A stretch of DNA of 64,000 nucleotides from Octopus bimaculoides (taxonomy: Eukaryota): the NCBI RefSeq assembly GCF_001194135.2, contig NC_068982.1, forward strand, positions 61,636,119 to 61,700,118, read 5' to 3'. Numbering within the stretch: position 1 is the first letter of the stretch; every line of letters begins with the position of its first letter. The position numbers and the translations under genes were made by a program. Under the pieces are notes generated by a model. It ran no database searches. It was given only the letters and a program-made list of their open reading frames with translations, and was not told where the DNA came from. This document shows, piece by piece, positions 22,578-34,574 of the stretch.

Positions 22578-22937
22578 GGTTCATTCCCACTGCATGGCAC
22601 CTTGGGCAAGTGTCTTCCACTATAGCCTCGGGCCGACCAAAGCCTTGTGAGTGGATTTGGTAGACGGAAACTGAAAGACGCCCGTTGTATATATGTGTAT
22701 ATATATATATATATGTATGTATGTTTGTGTGTCTGTGTTTGTCCCCCCCAACATCGCTTGACAACCGATGGTGGTGTGTTTACGTCCCTGTAACTTAGCG
22801 GTTCGGCAAAAGAGACCGATAGAATAAGTGCTAGGCTTCCAAACAATAAGTCCTGGGGTCGATTTGCTCGACTAAAGGCGGTGCTCCAGCATGGCCGCAG
22901 TCAAATGACTGAAACAAGTAAAAGAGTAAAAAGAGTA
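22578..22937 (+). mobile_element. SINE family C (5' end lost in gap)
   Basis: GGGTTCATTCCC...GGCACCTTGGGCAAGTGTC...ACAAGTAAAAGAGTAAAAAGAG. Confidence 0.92.
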
Positions 22938-23480
22938 TAGATTCAGGATGGTCTCAGGCAGGCTGGTATAAAAAAAGCTAAGGTACCAAGATGGGGGAGG
23001 GACCCAAATGGCAGCTACATGTTTGCTTGTATGAAGGAGAGAGAGGGAGAGAGAAAGAGAGAGAGTAAATAATAGACAGTGGAAAAAATGATCTGTGGTA
23101 GGAAGGTGTGGTGGTTATCAATAATGGATCATCAAGGGGAAAGAGAGTGATAGTTAGCAACATAGAAGCTTATCAATAGGGAGTGGCCTGAGGGAGGGGA
23201 GCAGTTGTGTTGTCTAGCAATACAGAGGCATAAACAGAGAGGTGTATTAGATACCTTGGTAGCATAATTACTCAGGTAGCATAATTAGAGTGAAAAAGAA
23301 ATAGACATATGTTGATGGTGGTGGTGAGCATTGAGTATGGTCACATCGGATGTTTCTCTCATTACATAGGTAGCATGGTTCAGTGAATAGAAGAGGGGAC
23401 AGTCAAGAGACCACAGGATATTGAATAGGCAAGAGAAGCAGCAAATGGGAACTTATGAGTTTGTGTGTGTATGTATGTAC

Positions 23481-23879
23481 ATAGGAGTGGCTGTGTGGTA
23501 AGTAGCTTGCTTACCAACCACATGGTTCCGGGTTCAGTCCCATTGCGCGGCACCTTGGGCAAGTGTCTTCTACTATAGCCTCGGGCCGACCAAAGCCTTG
23601 TGAGTGGATTTGGTAGATGGAAACTGAAAGAAGCCCGTCGTATATATGTATATGTATATTTATGTTTGTGTGTCTGTGTTTGTTCCCCCCACCATCGCTT
23701 GATAACCGATGCTGGTGTGTTTACGTCCCCGTAACTTAGTGGTTCGGCAAAAAGAGACCAATAGAATAAGTACTAGGCTTACAAAGATTAAGTCCTGGGG
23801 TCGATTTTCTTGACTAAAGGCAGTGCTCCAGCATGGCCACAGTCAAATGACTGAAACAAGTAAAAGAGTAAAAGAGTAT
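23481..23879 (+). mobile_element. SINE family C, full length
   Basis: CATAGGAGTGGCTGTGTGGTAAG...ACAAGTAAAAGAGTAAAAGAG. Confidence 0.92.
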
Positions 23880-24256
23880 ACTATTGGGCAGCTTTTGAGC
23901 TTTTGAATGGGAAGATCTGCAAACAGATCTCTGACTTGTTTTGGAGAATTTGTTGCAGTTGCTTCCTCCAGACTCATATCCCAATGATGATCATATTCAT
24001 TGCTAAAAAGCATGTAAAAAAATCGCCAAAACCAATTGCAGTAATAAAAACATAGGAATCATGGTTTTAATTTACTCACAGAGTCAGCTTGATTCCAGAA
24101 TGGTATGATATGTTGGGCTACAGCCTCTAGGAGTAAAGTTGAAAAAGTGTGACACACTGACATTCACATTTATTATATTGGATATGTTTAATTTTGGGAA
24201 AACTGTATTTCAATTAAAGTGCATGTGTGTGTATATGTATATGTATATATATGTAT

Positions 24257-24297
<41 letters not shown>

Positions 24298-24521
24298 TGT
24301 ATGTATTAAAGAAAGCAAAAAAATAAAACAAAAATGATAGTGTTCAGTATGCTAACCACAGGAATTTCTGTCCAAGAAAGTTGTACATCATCTCCCTCTT
24401 TCTCTCACATACCCACTCTTTCCCTCTCTCTTATTATTACTCCCATTGCCACCATCAACATTACTACTTTTAATAAAACATCATGAACTCTCCTTAAATT
24501 TCTTTGTCTCTCTTCTTCTCC

Positions 24522-24565
<44 letters not shown>

Positions 24566-24719
24566 TCACCACCACCCTCACTATCTCTATGTCTACTATT
24601 ACTCTCACTCCAGCACAAGGAAGTGTCATTGAATTGTGAGAGCGGTGGGTCAAAGTGTGACACACTGACACACAGAAATTAGTTTTTGCATGAATTATAT
24701 TAGATGTGTGTGTGTATGC

Positions 24720-25320
24720 ATTCTTTTATTTTTTTATGTGTTTCAGCCAAAAGACTGCAGATAAGGCACCACTAGTATTATCAATTTTTAATGACCATTC
24801 TTGAGTGATTGACTTTCGGTGAAAGTGAGAGTTCAATATTGCTGCCCTCTTTTGAGTTTCTTTCAGTGATGTAGGTTCATCTGGGACCTTGGGCAGTAGT
24901 AGGTCAAGTTGTTCCTTGATGCAATCATCTTGATGTAGCACTACTGGATTGCCTCAAGTTCTGCAATTAATTTGACACTGTTGACCACAGTTGAGAGCAG
25001 TAGTTTAGGCAGCTGAGGACAGTCCTCTATAGAACCAGCATAGTTTCTTTGTTCCTTGTTTTGAAAGTTCTCAGAATCCATCTTACCATTCACTTGCATA
25101 TTGCCACCATCTTGGGGATATGTTCACAGTGTGAGGCATTGTTGCTCATATCAATCCCCAGATCATGGGATAGCTGCTCCTTTTGGTCCAAAGTATCTTT
25201 GTGGCATCATGTTAGTGCAAGCTGTCTGTTAGGAGAGGGCTTGGAATTTTCCTGCATTAAATTACGTTGTTTTTTTTTCAGCTCATTTATATGTCATCTA
25301 GATCTTTCTGTAGAAGATTA
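24720..25320 (-). mobile_element. Degraded CR1/Jockey-group LINE C-terminal fragment
   Basis: Minus-strand KEQLDLLLPKVPDEPTS..QKRAAILNSHFH resembles the terminal FK..LD..L...PD.P....AA.SNS motif of these ORF2 proteins (recognised from memory). Confidence 0.6.
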
Positions 25321-25888
25321 GCATAAAAAATATATATATATGTATGTATGCATGTATATGAATGTATACAGATATACATATGGATATATGTGTGTGTATG
25401 TATGTGTGATAATGGGGATCAGTTTTTCTTTCAAACATATATCAATGACAACATGTTCAAGTTTGATGCTCTTTTTATGTATGATTTTTCAAATTTTCAT
25501 ATTAGTCTATTATGTTTAGTTTTAGAACTGAAACATTCCTAAATCCATTAGTATATTAATGTATGAAGACATTACTGGTCTCATCATCAGAATAAATGCA
25601 TGGCAATAATGACTTGTATGTGTGCTTTGTAGTATGCTGGAAAGGCTCGTGAGAATACTGATGTAACTGATAAAATCAACTTCATCAGGTTTTTAAATTA
25701 TATAACTGTAAGTCCTGATAGATTTCAGGAATTACTTTATATCTGTTGAGTTTTTGTTTGTATCTTTGGTTTGTATTTTGCTATTAGTAAGGCTTCCATG
25801 GTTATTCTTCTCATATTTCATGGAAGTCCATATAAAATTGTGCTGTTGACTTATAGTTCATTGTAAGCATGTAATAAATAATAAATGT

Positions 25889-26095
25889 TTCCTTGTCGAG
25901 CCATGCCAAGCTCGTGAGGGCTTGTTTCCTGGTTTCAATGGTGTATATATTCCCCACTTGGTTGGGACACCAGTCCGTAGCAGGATTACTCATTTTTGTC
26001 AGGTGAGTGGACTGGAGCAACATGAAATGAAGAACACAATACGTCACCCAGTCCAGGAATTGAAATCACATTCTTACAGATAATAAAGTGTCACA
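25889..26095 (-). mobile_element. Diverged SINE with V-domain-like body
   Basis: Minus strand GATTTCAATTCCTGGACTGGG...TTTCATGTTGCTCCAGTCCACTCA...AATGAGTAATCCTGCTACGGACTGGTGTCCCAACCAAG; the GGACTGGYGTCCC..CCA motif recalls V-SINEs. Confidence 0.6.
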
Positions 26096-26369
26096 CATTC
26101 ATGCAGGCATGCATGCACACACACACACACCCCAGTAATTTAAAGATTTTAAACTTACAGTATTACATGTATGAGATTCTAATGTATATATATATATTTA
26201 GTATACAGGACACTCCCTTGGAGTATTTTCCCTCATCCATATAATTGATTTATACACACCCGACCCCCCTTCCTCTTACACACACACTTGCTTATATATA
26301 CACATACGTGTATGTATATGTGGGTGTATATAGATGTATGTAAATGAATATATATATATGTATATATAT

Positions 26370-26790
26370 GAACCAACTTCGACGACTGGCACCCATGCCA
26401 ACCTCTCTTTCATTGGACACTAAATTCAGCTTGTGAAGACCTGTTGGGGCGAGTGAAATCGAAATCCTAATTGAACCATATTCAATGACTGGCACCTGTG
26501 CCAGTGGAGCACTAACAACACTGTCCGAGCGTGATCATTACCAGAGCAGCTGTCTGGCTTCCATGCTAGTGGCTCGTATATAGCACCATTTGAGCGTGAT
26601 CGTTACCAGCGTTGCCTTACTGGCATGTAAAAGCACCCACTACACTCTCGAGTGGTTGGCGTTAGGAAGGGCATCCAGCTGTAGAAACTCTGCCAGATCA
26701 GATTGGAGCCTGGTGCAGCCATCTGGTTCACCAGTCCTAAGTCAAATCGTCCAAACCATGCTAGCATGTAAAGCAGACGTTAAAAGATGA
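26370..26790 (+). mobile_element. RTE LINE 3' UTR and tail (related subfamily)
   Basis: Contains internal repeats GAGCGTGATCRTTACCAG and the shared terminal block ending GACGTTAAAAGATGAT. Confidence 0.85.
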
Positions 26791-27325
26791 TATCTATATC
26801 TCTCTCTCTCTATNNNNNNNNNNNNNNNNNNNNNNNNNATATATATAGTATAATAAGGATTCAGATAGAATCAGGTACTTGAACAGATATTCACCAGGTA
26901 GGGTTGGATAAACATGTGGTTCCGGTCTATGGTTAGTAGGTATCAAATAGAATATTCTGGTTGTGTACTCAGAAAACCAACCCTATGTGTATTTAGCACC
27001 TAGGGGCTGGCCCAAAGCACGTGTTACATTGAATTGTACATTGTGGGTATACTCTAGGGTGTCTGACAAGTCGTAAATCCCTTTGATGTATTATAATCAA
27101 ATGAATGATAACATATGATGAATAATTGTCAGCTCATTACAGCTGTTTAATGTGCATCTTTTTAATAGAAGAATGAGAACATTACCTGCATTACAAAAAA
27201 CCATAATCATTAGATGGAATGTAATTTTACAAACAAAAGATTATCCAAAGAATACAGCAGGGACATGGCTGAAGTCTGTTGAGACCATCTATGAAATGGG
27301 AGAATAACCAACAAGGTTATTCATT

Positions 27326-27365
<40 letters not shown>

Positions 27366-27634
27366 TTAAACATATGGTCACACTCATATGAGGTTACATA
27401 TTGTTTGCCTTATACTGTATTTAAGAAATAGTCATTCAATTTAGTGTTAGCTGTTGTTTTATACGATGTCTAAGTTGCTTGTGGCAAGCAGAAACATATA
27501 TTGCATTTGGAAAGCTTGTTGTCTAATTTTTGTTTCCTCAGTTTCTGTGAGAGATAAGTGTCCATTTCCTTTGTCACGGAATAGTTGACAGAAACAAATG
27601 TTCTCATGGTTAAGATGCCAGTCTATCACAGGTT

Positions 27635-27862
27635 AATGAGCTGGCAGAATCGTTAGCATACCGGGTGAAATGCTTAGTGGTATTTCGTCTGCTGCTACAT
27701 TGAGTTCAAATTCTGCTGAAGTCGACTTTGCCTTTCATCCTTTCGGGGTTGATTAAATAAGTACCAGTTACGCACTGGAGTTGATGTAATCAACTTAATT
27801 CCTTTGTCTGTTCTTGTTTGTCTCCACTATGTTTAGCCTCTTGTGGGCAATAAAGAAATAAA
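27635..27862 (+). mobile_element. SINE family B, full length, tail ...GTGGGCAATAAAGAAATAA
   Basis: GAGCTGGCAGAATCGTTAGC...GTCGACTTTGCCTTTCATCCTTTCGGGGTTGATT. Confidence 0.9.
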
Positions 27863-29095
27863 TATTCTAAGATAATCTGGCATCATTTTTTCTTGATATC
27901 TTAGTGAACTGAGGTAACATAGAATAAAGTACCCAATTCAGAAATACATCAGTAGATTTGAACTTACAACTTATGTACATGTAGTCTCATGCTTTATCTT
28001 CTATTTTAACTCTACTTGGCATTTAAGTCATCATGGAATTATCAGATATATCAGACATACATACAGTTTAACTTTTTAGATACTAACTTGTCTGAAATTA
28101 CTCCTAATTCTATGAAACAAAACCTAATGTTTTGAAATGTTCATACTTAAAGTAAAACCTCTGAACATAACTTAAAGCATAGTTTCTTTTGTTATGTTCT
28201 AAACATCAAATCATTTATGACAATGTTTGTTATTTTACTAAATGCCAACAAATTCTTATATATTTTGAAGTCATAGGCAGTGTATTTCTTTAGAAATATG
28301 GTCAGGAAAAAGCTAAAAGTACAGTATTTAATGGCATTGCAACATGGGGAATATTCAAAACGGGGGAAAATTTATTGAATGTGTAAAGGGAAGAGTATTG
28401 AATGAACACTGTTAGGCTAATATATCATCTGGGAATTAAAGGTACTAAACATTACGAGTAAAAAGTAAATTTAACATAGTAAGGGATATATGTGAGAAAA
28501 ATGTTAGAATAAAATTGGGTCAACAAATGTTGGTATCAGTTGACAGTAATCATTATGGGGATAATATGGCACAGGAAGAAATTTGAAACAATGTAACTTT
28601 ATATTTGAATGACAGGGAATAGGCAGATAGAAACTGTTTAATAGATTAGTCTAACATACGCAAGTTTGATTCATGTAAGTATGGAAAAGCTAATGTGCTA
28701 ATTAACAGTCAAATAATAATAATTATGAAGAAATCTCAAAATTTTTTTCATGTTTTTATGTTTTATATTTTTATGTTTACAATTGTATTCAGTGGATAAA
28801 TACTATTTCTTAAGTAAATGAAGGGGTCTACAGATTTTAGTGTGTTTTGTTTGACTGGTCTGAATGAATCCCCCTAATTGTAGGAATTGGCATAAAGACC
28901 AATATCTTCTGTTGCTTTTACGATTTCATGTTAAAAGATGATGGCTTCTGAGATGAGTGTGATACAATCAGCATAATTTGCATCTGATGTTGTGTTTGGA
29001 TAACGAGGTAGAGATGGGTTTCGTTAGAGTGCACCTAACTTTTTTAATATCATCATTTGAAATGCAAAGGATGGAGTCCAGGCAGATGTTGAAGA

Positions 29096-30197
29096 GAGCT
29101 TTTATCCTGTTGGTCAAATTAGTTATCATTATCAGATACTGGTTTCCAGTCAAGTGTTTTTTCATGTTGGGGAACAGATGGAGCCAAATCAGGAGAACAG
29201 GCTGACCAACCTGTTCAGAGTCGCAGTCACACACAGCTGCCATTGAAACCAAGGACTTGTGTGCTGGAGCATTGTCCTGATGAAACAAGACCCCTTTCAT
29301 CAGTTTTCCTGGGTGTTTGGTCTTTATAACCTTTTCTAACTGCCTCAGCAAGTTGGCATAGTACTCTCCATTGATGGTGTGACCCATTTCAAGATAGTCA
29401 GCAAATACAATCCCCAAAAACTGAAGCCATCATCTTCCCTACAAATGAAATGATGGCTTTTTTTGGAGCAGGTGAGGAGGGTGTTTCCACTGCATGAATT
29501 GTCTTTTTGTCTCTGGCTCAAAATGACAAACCCAGCACTCATCCTGGATGAGGAAATGTTCAAGGAAACCAGCTGGATCTGCATCAAGCAACGTCAGATT
29601 TTCCTGTAATGTGATCAGCCTGGTGTGCTTTTGATGATGTATTAGAAGACATGGTACCTACTAAGCAGAAACCTTCACCATGCCAAGTTCATTGTGCAGA
29701 ATATTCTCAACTCTCTCACAAGATATGCTAATAGAATTGACTATTTGATTTATAGTCAATCACTTGTTATCCATCAGCATGTGGTAAACATAGCCAATGT
29801 TTTCCTCATTGGTGGTAGTTAGAGCATGTCCAAACCTTGGGTCATCTTCACAATTCACCCTTCCCCTCCTAAATTCATTTGCCCACTTTTGAAAACTTGG
29901 TAGAACTGGAGTGTCAGCTGCTAATGTAGTAACCATGTCAGCATAAATGCCCTTGGGGCCTAGACCCTTTCTCTGCAGGTTCTTGATGACACCAAAATGC
30001 CAAATTTTGTTGATTTTCAAGAGAAGTCACAACTAGTTACTTTTGAAGTCTTCTTTGAACAGGCCGAATATCAGTTTACCTGGGAAGAAACAATGCAGTT
30101 ATTAATAAAAAGAGTTGAAATTAATGGATGCAAAATTTCACAGCTCTAGCATCACTTCTTCATAGTCAGCCTATGAACTTTTCAACCCACCATCATA
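29096..30197 (-). mobile_element. Mariner transposon, 5' TIR and most of the transposase (inverted segment)
   Basis: TIR TATGATGGTGGGTTGAAAAGTTCATAGGCTG; peptides KWANEFRRGRVNCEDDPRFG, GHTINGEYYANLL, HQDNAPAHKS, LFPNMKKHL; stops and deletions. Confidence 0.92.
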
Positions 30198-30308
30198 CCT
30201 GCCAGAGACTCCAATTTCTTTGACATGTCTTCAATATCTATCTGGACTCCATCTTTTGTATTTCAAATGACAATATTAAAGAAGTTAGCTTCACTCTAAT
30301 GAAATCCA

Positions 30309-30420
30309 CAAGAAGTGAGTAGACTGCAAGGGGGACTATGTTGAAAAATAAACCTCATTTGGTGACATTCCATGAGAGTATCTTGGCCATCTTATGAACT
30401 TTTCAGCTGGCTCTCATTAT
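30309..30420 (+). mobile_element. Matching mariner 3' end and right TIR in the opposite orientation
   Basis: AAGAAGTGAGTAGACTGCAAGGGGGACTATGTTGAAAAATAA (KK*VDCKGDYVEK*), then TATGAACTTTTCAGC TIR matching the 30170-30197 TIR. Confidence 0.85.
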
Positions 30421-31044
30421 CATACTTTAGATTCCTTGTTTTTGTAGAACATCATTACTGCTGCCATTACTTCTTGATGTACACTGCTTGTAAAAAGAAT
30501 TTGTTGCATTTTGCCTTGAGGACGAAAGAATTTGTCTTACAAATACATGAGCTATTCTTGATATCTTTAGCATCATCAGGAAGTCATCACTACAAAGAAA
30601 AAGCATCTGACCAAACAAAAATTCTATGATAATTTTGCAATCACTGAAGTTATTAGGGAGAGATGCAGACATTTTGCAGGATATTGTTGGAGAGTTAAGA
30701 ACGAAATTAATGATACACTCCTGTTGATGCACAACATTGATATACATGGGTTAGCCCAACTAGCAAAACCTTCATCAACCAGCTATGTTAAGATACTGGA
30801 TGTTGCTCTGCTGACCTTCTGAATACTCTATGAAGTTGTGAAGAGTGGCATGACTGAGTTAAGCAAATTCAAAAAAAGTTTGACCAGATGTAAAGGTGAT
30901 TCTATTTTACTATTTGTCTTTCTTTTAATGACACTATTCCTAAGTTTGCTCCCATTGGACATCCATATATAAACAGTCATGTTTGTTGCATCTTTAAATT
31001 AAATCATCACATTAATTCTATAGAGTGTGTGATTAGTTCCATAC

Positions 31045-31255
31045 CCCTTTAGCGTTTAAACTGGCCATACCCAGTGCAAAAGTTCTACCTGTTTGACATT
31101 CAAACTAGTCAGATCTAGTTTTGCACACCTACCTTATAATGTCATTCAAAAACTAAACATCAAAATATCAATGTTATGAGATAATGCATGATTGATTAAA
31201 AACAAGGTAAATAAACAAACATTAAATTCGACAGCATAATCTGAATGCTAAAGGA
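31045..31255. mobile_element. piggyBac-like MITE
   Basis: Ends CCCTTTAGC...GCTAAAGGA followed by TTAA; same family at 36764-36983 and 21868-22239. Confidence 0.75.
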
Positions 31256-31384
31256 TTAAATGTACAATGTGAACAATATAAAGAATACTGGAGACCACTT
31301 ATCAAATCAAATCATTACCTAGGAAGAATATATGACAAAAAAAAAATGTTTTTAAACCATAATATCTGTTATAATCTTTTATCT

Positions 31385-31772
31385 TTTATGTATTTCACTC
31401 ATTAGACTGTAGCCATGCCAAGGAACTGCCTTGAAGAATTTAGTTGAACAGATCAACTCAAGTACTTATTGTTTTTCATGTCTTGTACTTATTCTATTGG
31501 TTTCTTTTGCAAAACTGCAAAGTCACAGGGACATATACAAATCAGCTCCAGTTGTCAAGCAGTGATGGAGGACAAACACAAAGCCACCCGTACACATCTA
31601 TACAACAGACTTCCATATAGTTTTTTGTCTACCAAATATACTTGCAAGGCATTAGTCAGTCCAAGGCTATGGTAAAAGACACTTGCCTGAGGTGCTGCAC
31701 AGTGAGAATGAACCTGAAACCATGTAGTTGCAAAGTGAGCTTCTCACCCATACAGCCATGCCTGTACCTATG
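31385..31772 (-). mobile_element. SINE family C, degraded
   Basis: TTTCACTCATTAGACTGTAGCCATG...GACACTTGCCTGAGGTGC...CATACAGCCATGCCTGTA. Confidence 0.8.
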
Positions 31773-33189
31773 ATGAACAGACTAGAATTATTTTCATACC
31801 ATCGCATTTCACATTGGAAAAAAGTTTTCAGTTGCTAATCATATAGTGCTAGACAAAATGTAGTAAAGAAAGAATAATATAAGCTCCTTTACAAAGTGGG
31901 TTATGGCTGTCATCATACATTCCATACCTTTCATTTTAGATAATATTAATATGTCTAAATGTAAAAAAACAAACAAGCCCAGAAAAAACAACAAAGAAAA
32001 AAAAAACAAAGAAAAAATTCAAAATCTTGAGAAATGTTAAAAGCTTTTGAGTGTAGGTATATTATAATAAGTATAGTGTTTAATAGTCATACTGTTAGAT
32101 AAAAAGGAAACCTGTTATAATCATTACCATAATCATCAACATTGTTATGGAAAATGACCTTATTTGATATATAAGAAAGGAAAAGAAGTTGAGAGAAATT
32201 TGATACTTGTATTCTCAATGTACAGTCAAAATAAAATGTTTTTAGAGACATTTCGTAAAACTGCATAATGTTTTCAACAAGTTGAAATAGCTCTAAAATA
32301 ATAAATCTGACTGAAAATCTACAATGTTAAAAAAAGATAAAAAATAAAGGAACTTAACCAAATAGACTATTCGTTAACTATTTCAAATAGACTATTTCTT
32401 AATAAACTATTCCTTAACTATTCTAAGATAACAAAAGTTGTTAATAAATTCTCTCTGCAAATATTTAGGCTGAGCAACTTAAAAAAAAAAAATGAAAGCA
32501 AACTAAGACATGCAAAAAAGCTGATAGTATTTCTTTCACATATTCTTAATTCTGCCTCTGCTGCAGTATTATATTCCTGGCAGTGACACTTAGCTTTTGC
32601 TGACCCAGCCCATCTGTCTTTGATGACTGACTCGTTGACTTGCAATACAGTGGTCATATACTACCATGCTTTATAGCTTAAGAAAACACTGTTCGGAAGA
32701 CAGCAACGCTGGCTGCCCTTAATAGTTTAATGTATTACATTTGCATGCTGAACAAAGGCAACATCATAAAGACTGGCTCTCCTCTTCAAACCGAAACCCC
32801 CCCCCCAAAAAAACCTACTAATCCTCTACAAAGCTTAGGTGAGATCCACAATGGAGTACTGCTTCCATGACTAGGGAAGTGATGTGTAATACACATTTGG
32901 CAGATTGGTATAAAATTACTCAACATACTCTAACCTCTGGCCTACAGACATACTTTCTCTTCTCTACCTTTTCTACCACAACTACAGTGGTCTTTGTTCT
33001 TCAGATCTGGCTGGTATCATTTGACTTCCACTAAAGCATTCCTAACTTATTTATCTCCCCTCCTCTTGTCACCTTCCCTAGCTCTGCCTTATCCACTATG
33101 TTGTATCCTTTCTTCCAGAATGTTGACCCTCTTGCATTCGCTCCATGCATGTTTTTTCTTTGGCTGTTAACTTGCAACTATTCATGAAT

Positions 33190-33412
33190 AAATATTGGTT
33201 TCAAATTTTGGCACAAGGCCAGAAATTTCGGTGGAGGGTGGGAGCAGAAAGTTGGTTGTATCGATCCCAGTGCTCAACTGGTACTTATTTTATTGACTGA
33301 AAGGATGAAAGGCAAAGTCAACCCTAGCAGTATTTGAACTCAGAATGTTAAGTCAGAAGAAATGCTGCTAAGCATTTTGTCTGGCACATAAATGATTCTG
33401 CCAGCTTGTTGC
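33190..33412 (-). mobile_element. SINE family B, TTTGAAACCAATA tail type
   Basis: TATTGGTTTCAAATTTTGGCACAAGGCC...AAGGATGAAAGGCAAAGTC...TTCTGCCAGCTTG. Confidence 0.85.
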
Positions 33413-33779
33413 CTTATTCATGAGTAATATTAACTGCATCAATCTCACCAGCCTTGGGTGGCTTGCAGTGGCCATGGGCATAGCCTGTTCTTCCAGATAA
33501 GTCATTAAAAGAAAAGAAAAAGAGGAATTTATTTTGATTGATGACTGATGACAGAAAATATGAACAATTTGATAATGTAATTCAAAACTTTGCTTGATAC
33601 TCCCATGCTTTTGATCACGAAAAAACATTTAGACTAATGATAAAATTTACTATTTAGTAAAGGAAATAATGTAAAGTATATACTTATACTTTAAAATATT
33701 GAGTAATAAGAGGTAAATATTGAGCAAGTTTTGCACTGAATGTTTTACATCACTCACTTCATAATACAGAAAAAAAGCC

Positions 33780-33948
33780 ACAAGCGTGGCTGTGTGGTAA
33801 GAAGCTTGTTTCCCAACCACATGATTCTAGATTGACTCTCACTGCAAGGCACTTTAGGCAGGTGTCTTCTATTAAAGCCTTGAGCTGACCAAACCCTTGT
33901 GAGTGGATTTGGTAGACAGAAACTGAAGGAAGCCCAACACACATATAC

Positions 33949-34021
<73 letters not shown>

Positions 34022-34215
34022 CTTCAGTACTGCTTGACAACTAGTGCTGGTGTGTTTATGCCCCTGTAACATAGCAGTTTGGCAAAAGAGACCGATAGAA
34101 TAACTATCAGGCTTAACACAATGTAAGTAATGGGGTCAATTCATTCAACTGAAAATTCTTCAAGGTGGTGCCCCGGCTTGGCCACAATCTAATGACTGAA
34201 ACAAGTAAAAAAAGA
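33780..34215 (+). mobile_element. SINE family C with expanded TA/TG microsatellite
   Basis: GTGGCTGTGTGGTAAGAAGC...GACTGAAACAAGTAAAAA. Confidence 0.88.
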
Positions 34216-34574
34216 TAACATTGATAAACTAGCAGTGGAGCAAAATCTTTAGTATAGGAGTAAGATCTTTGACACTCAATTTCCATCCAAATTTTGTGAA
34301 CTGCTCTTTTGGCTGATTAAAAGCAATATTGTATCTTTGAAACCAACAATGCCATTTAATAACTGTCTCATTGGTGTCAGAGATTAAAAGGAAAGAAAGG
34401 AACGGTTAATGGTCAAAATTAGATTTTGTCCAAGAAATAGTTTTGCAGCCCTTGTTTTTGTTTGCATTCTTTTGTTTCTTTCTTCAGACATGAAATTATC
34501 TCATACAAGCACAGTAAACAAAATTACTTGTAAAATATATATCTCCTTTATATATATATATATATATTGGTGTT

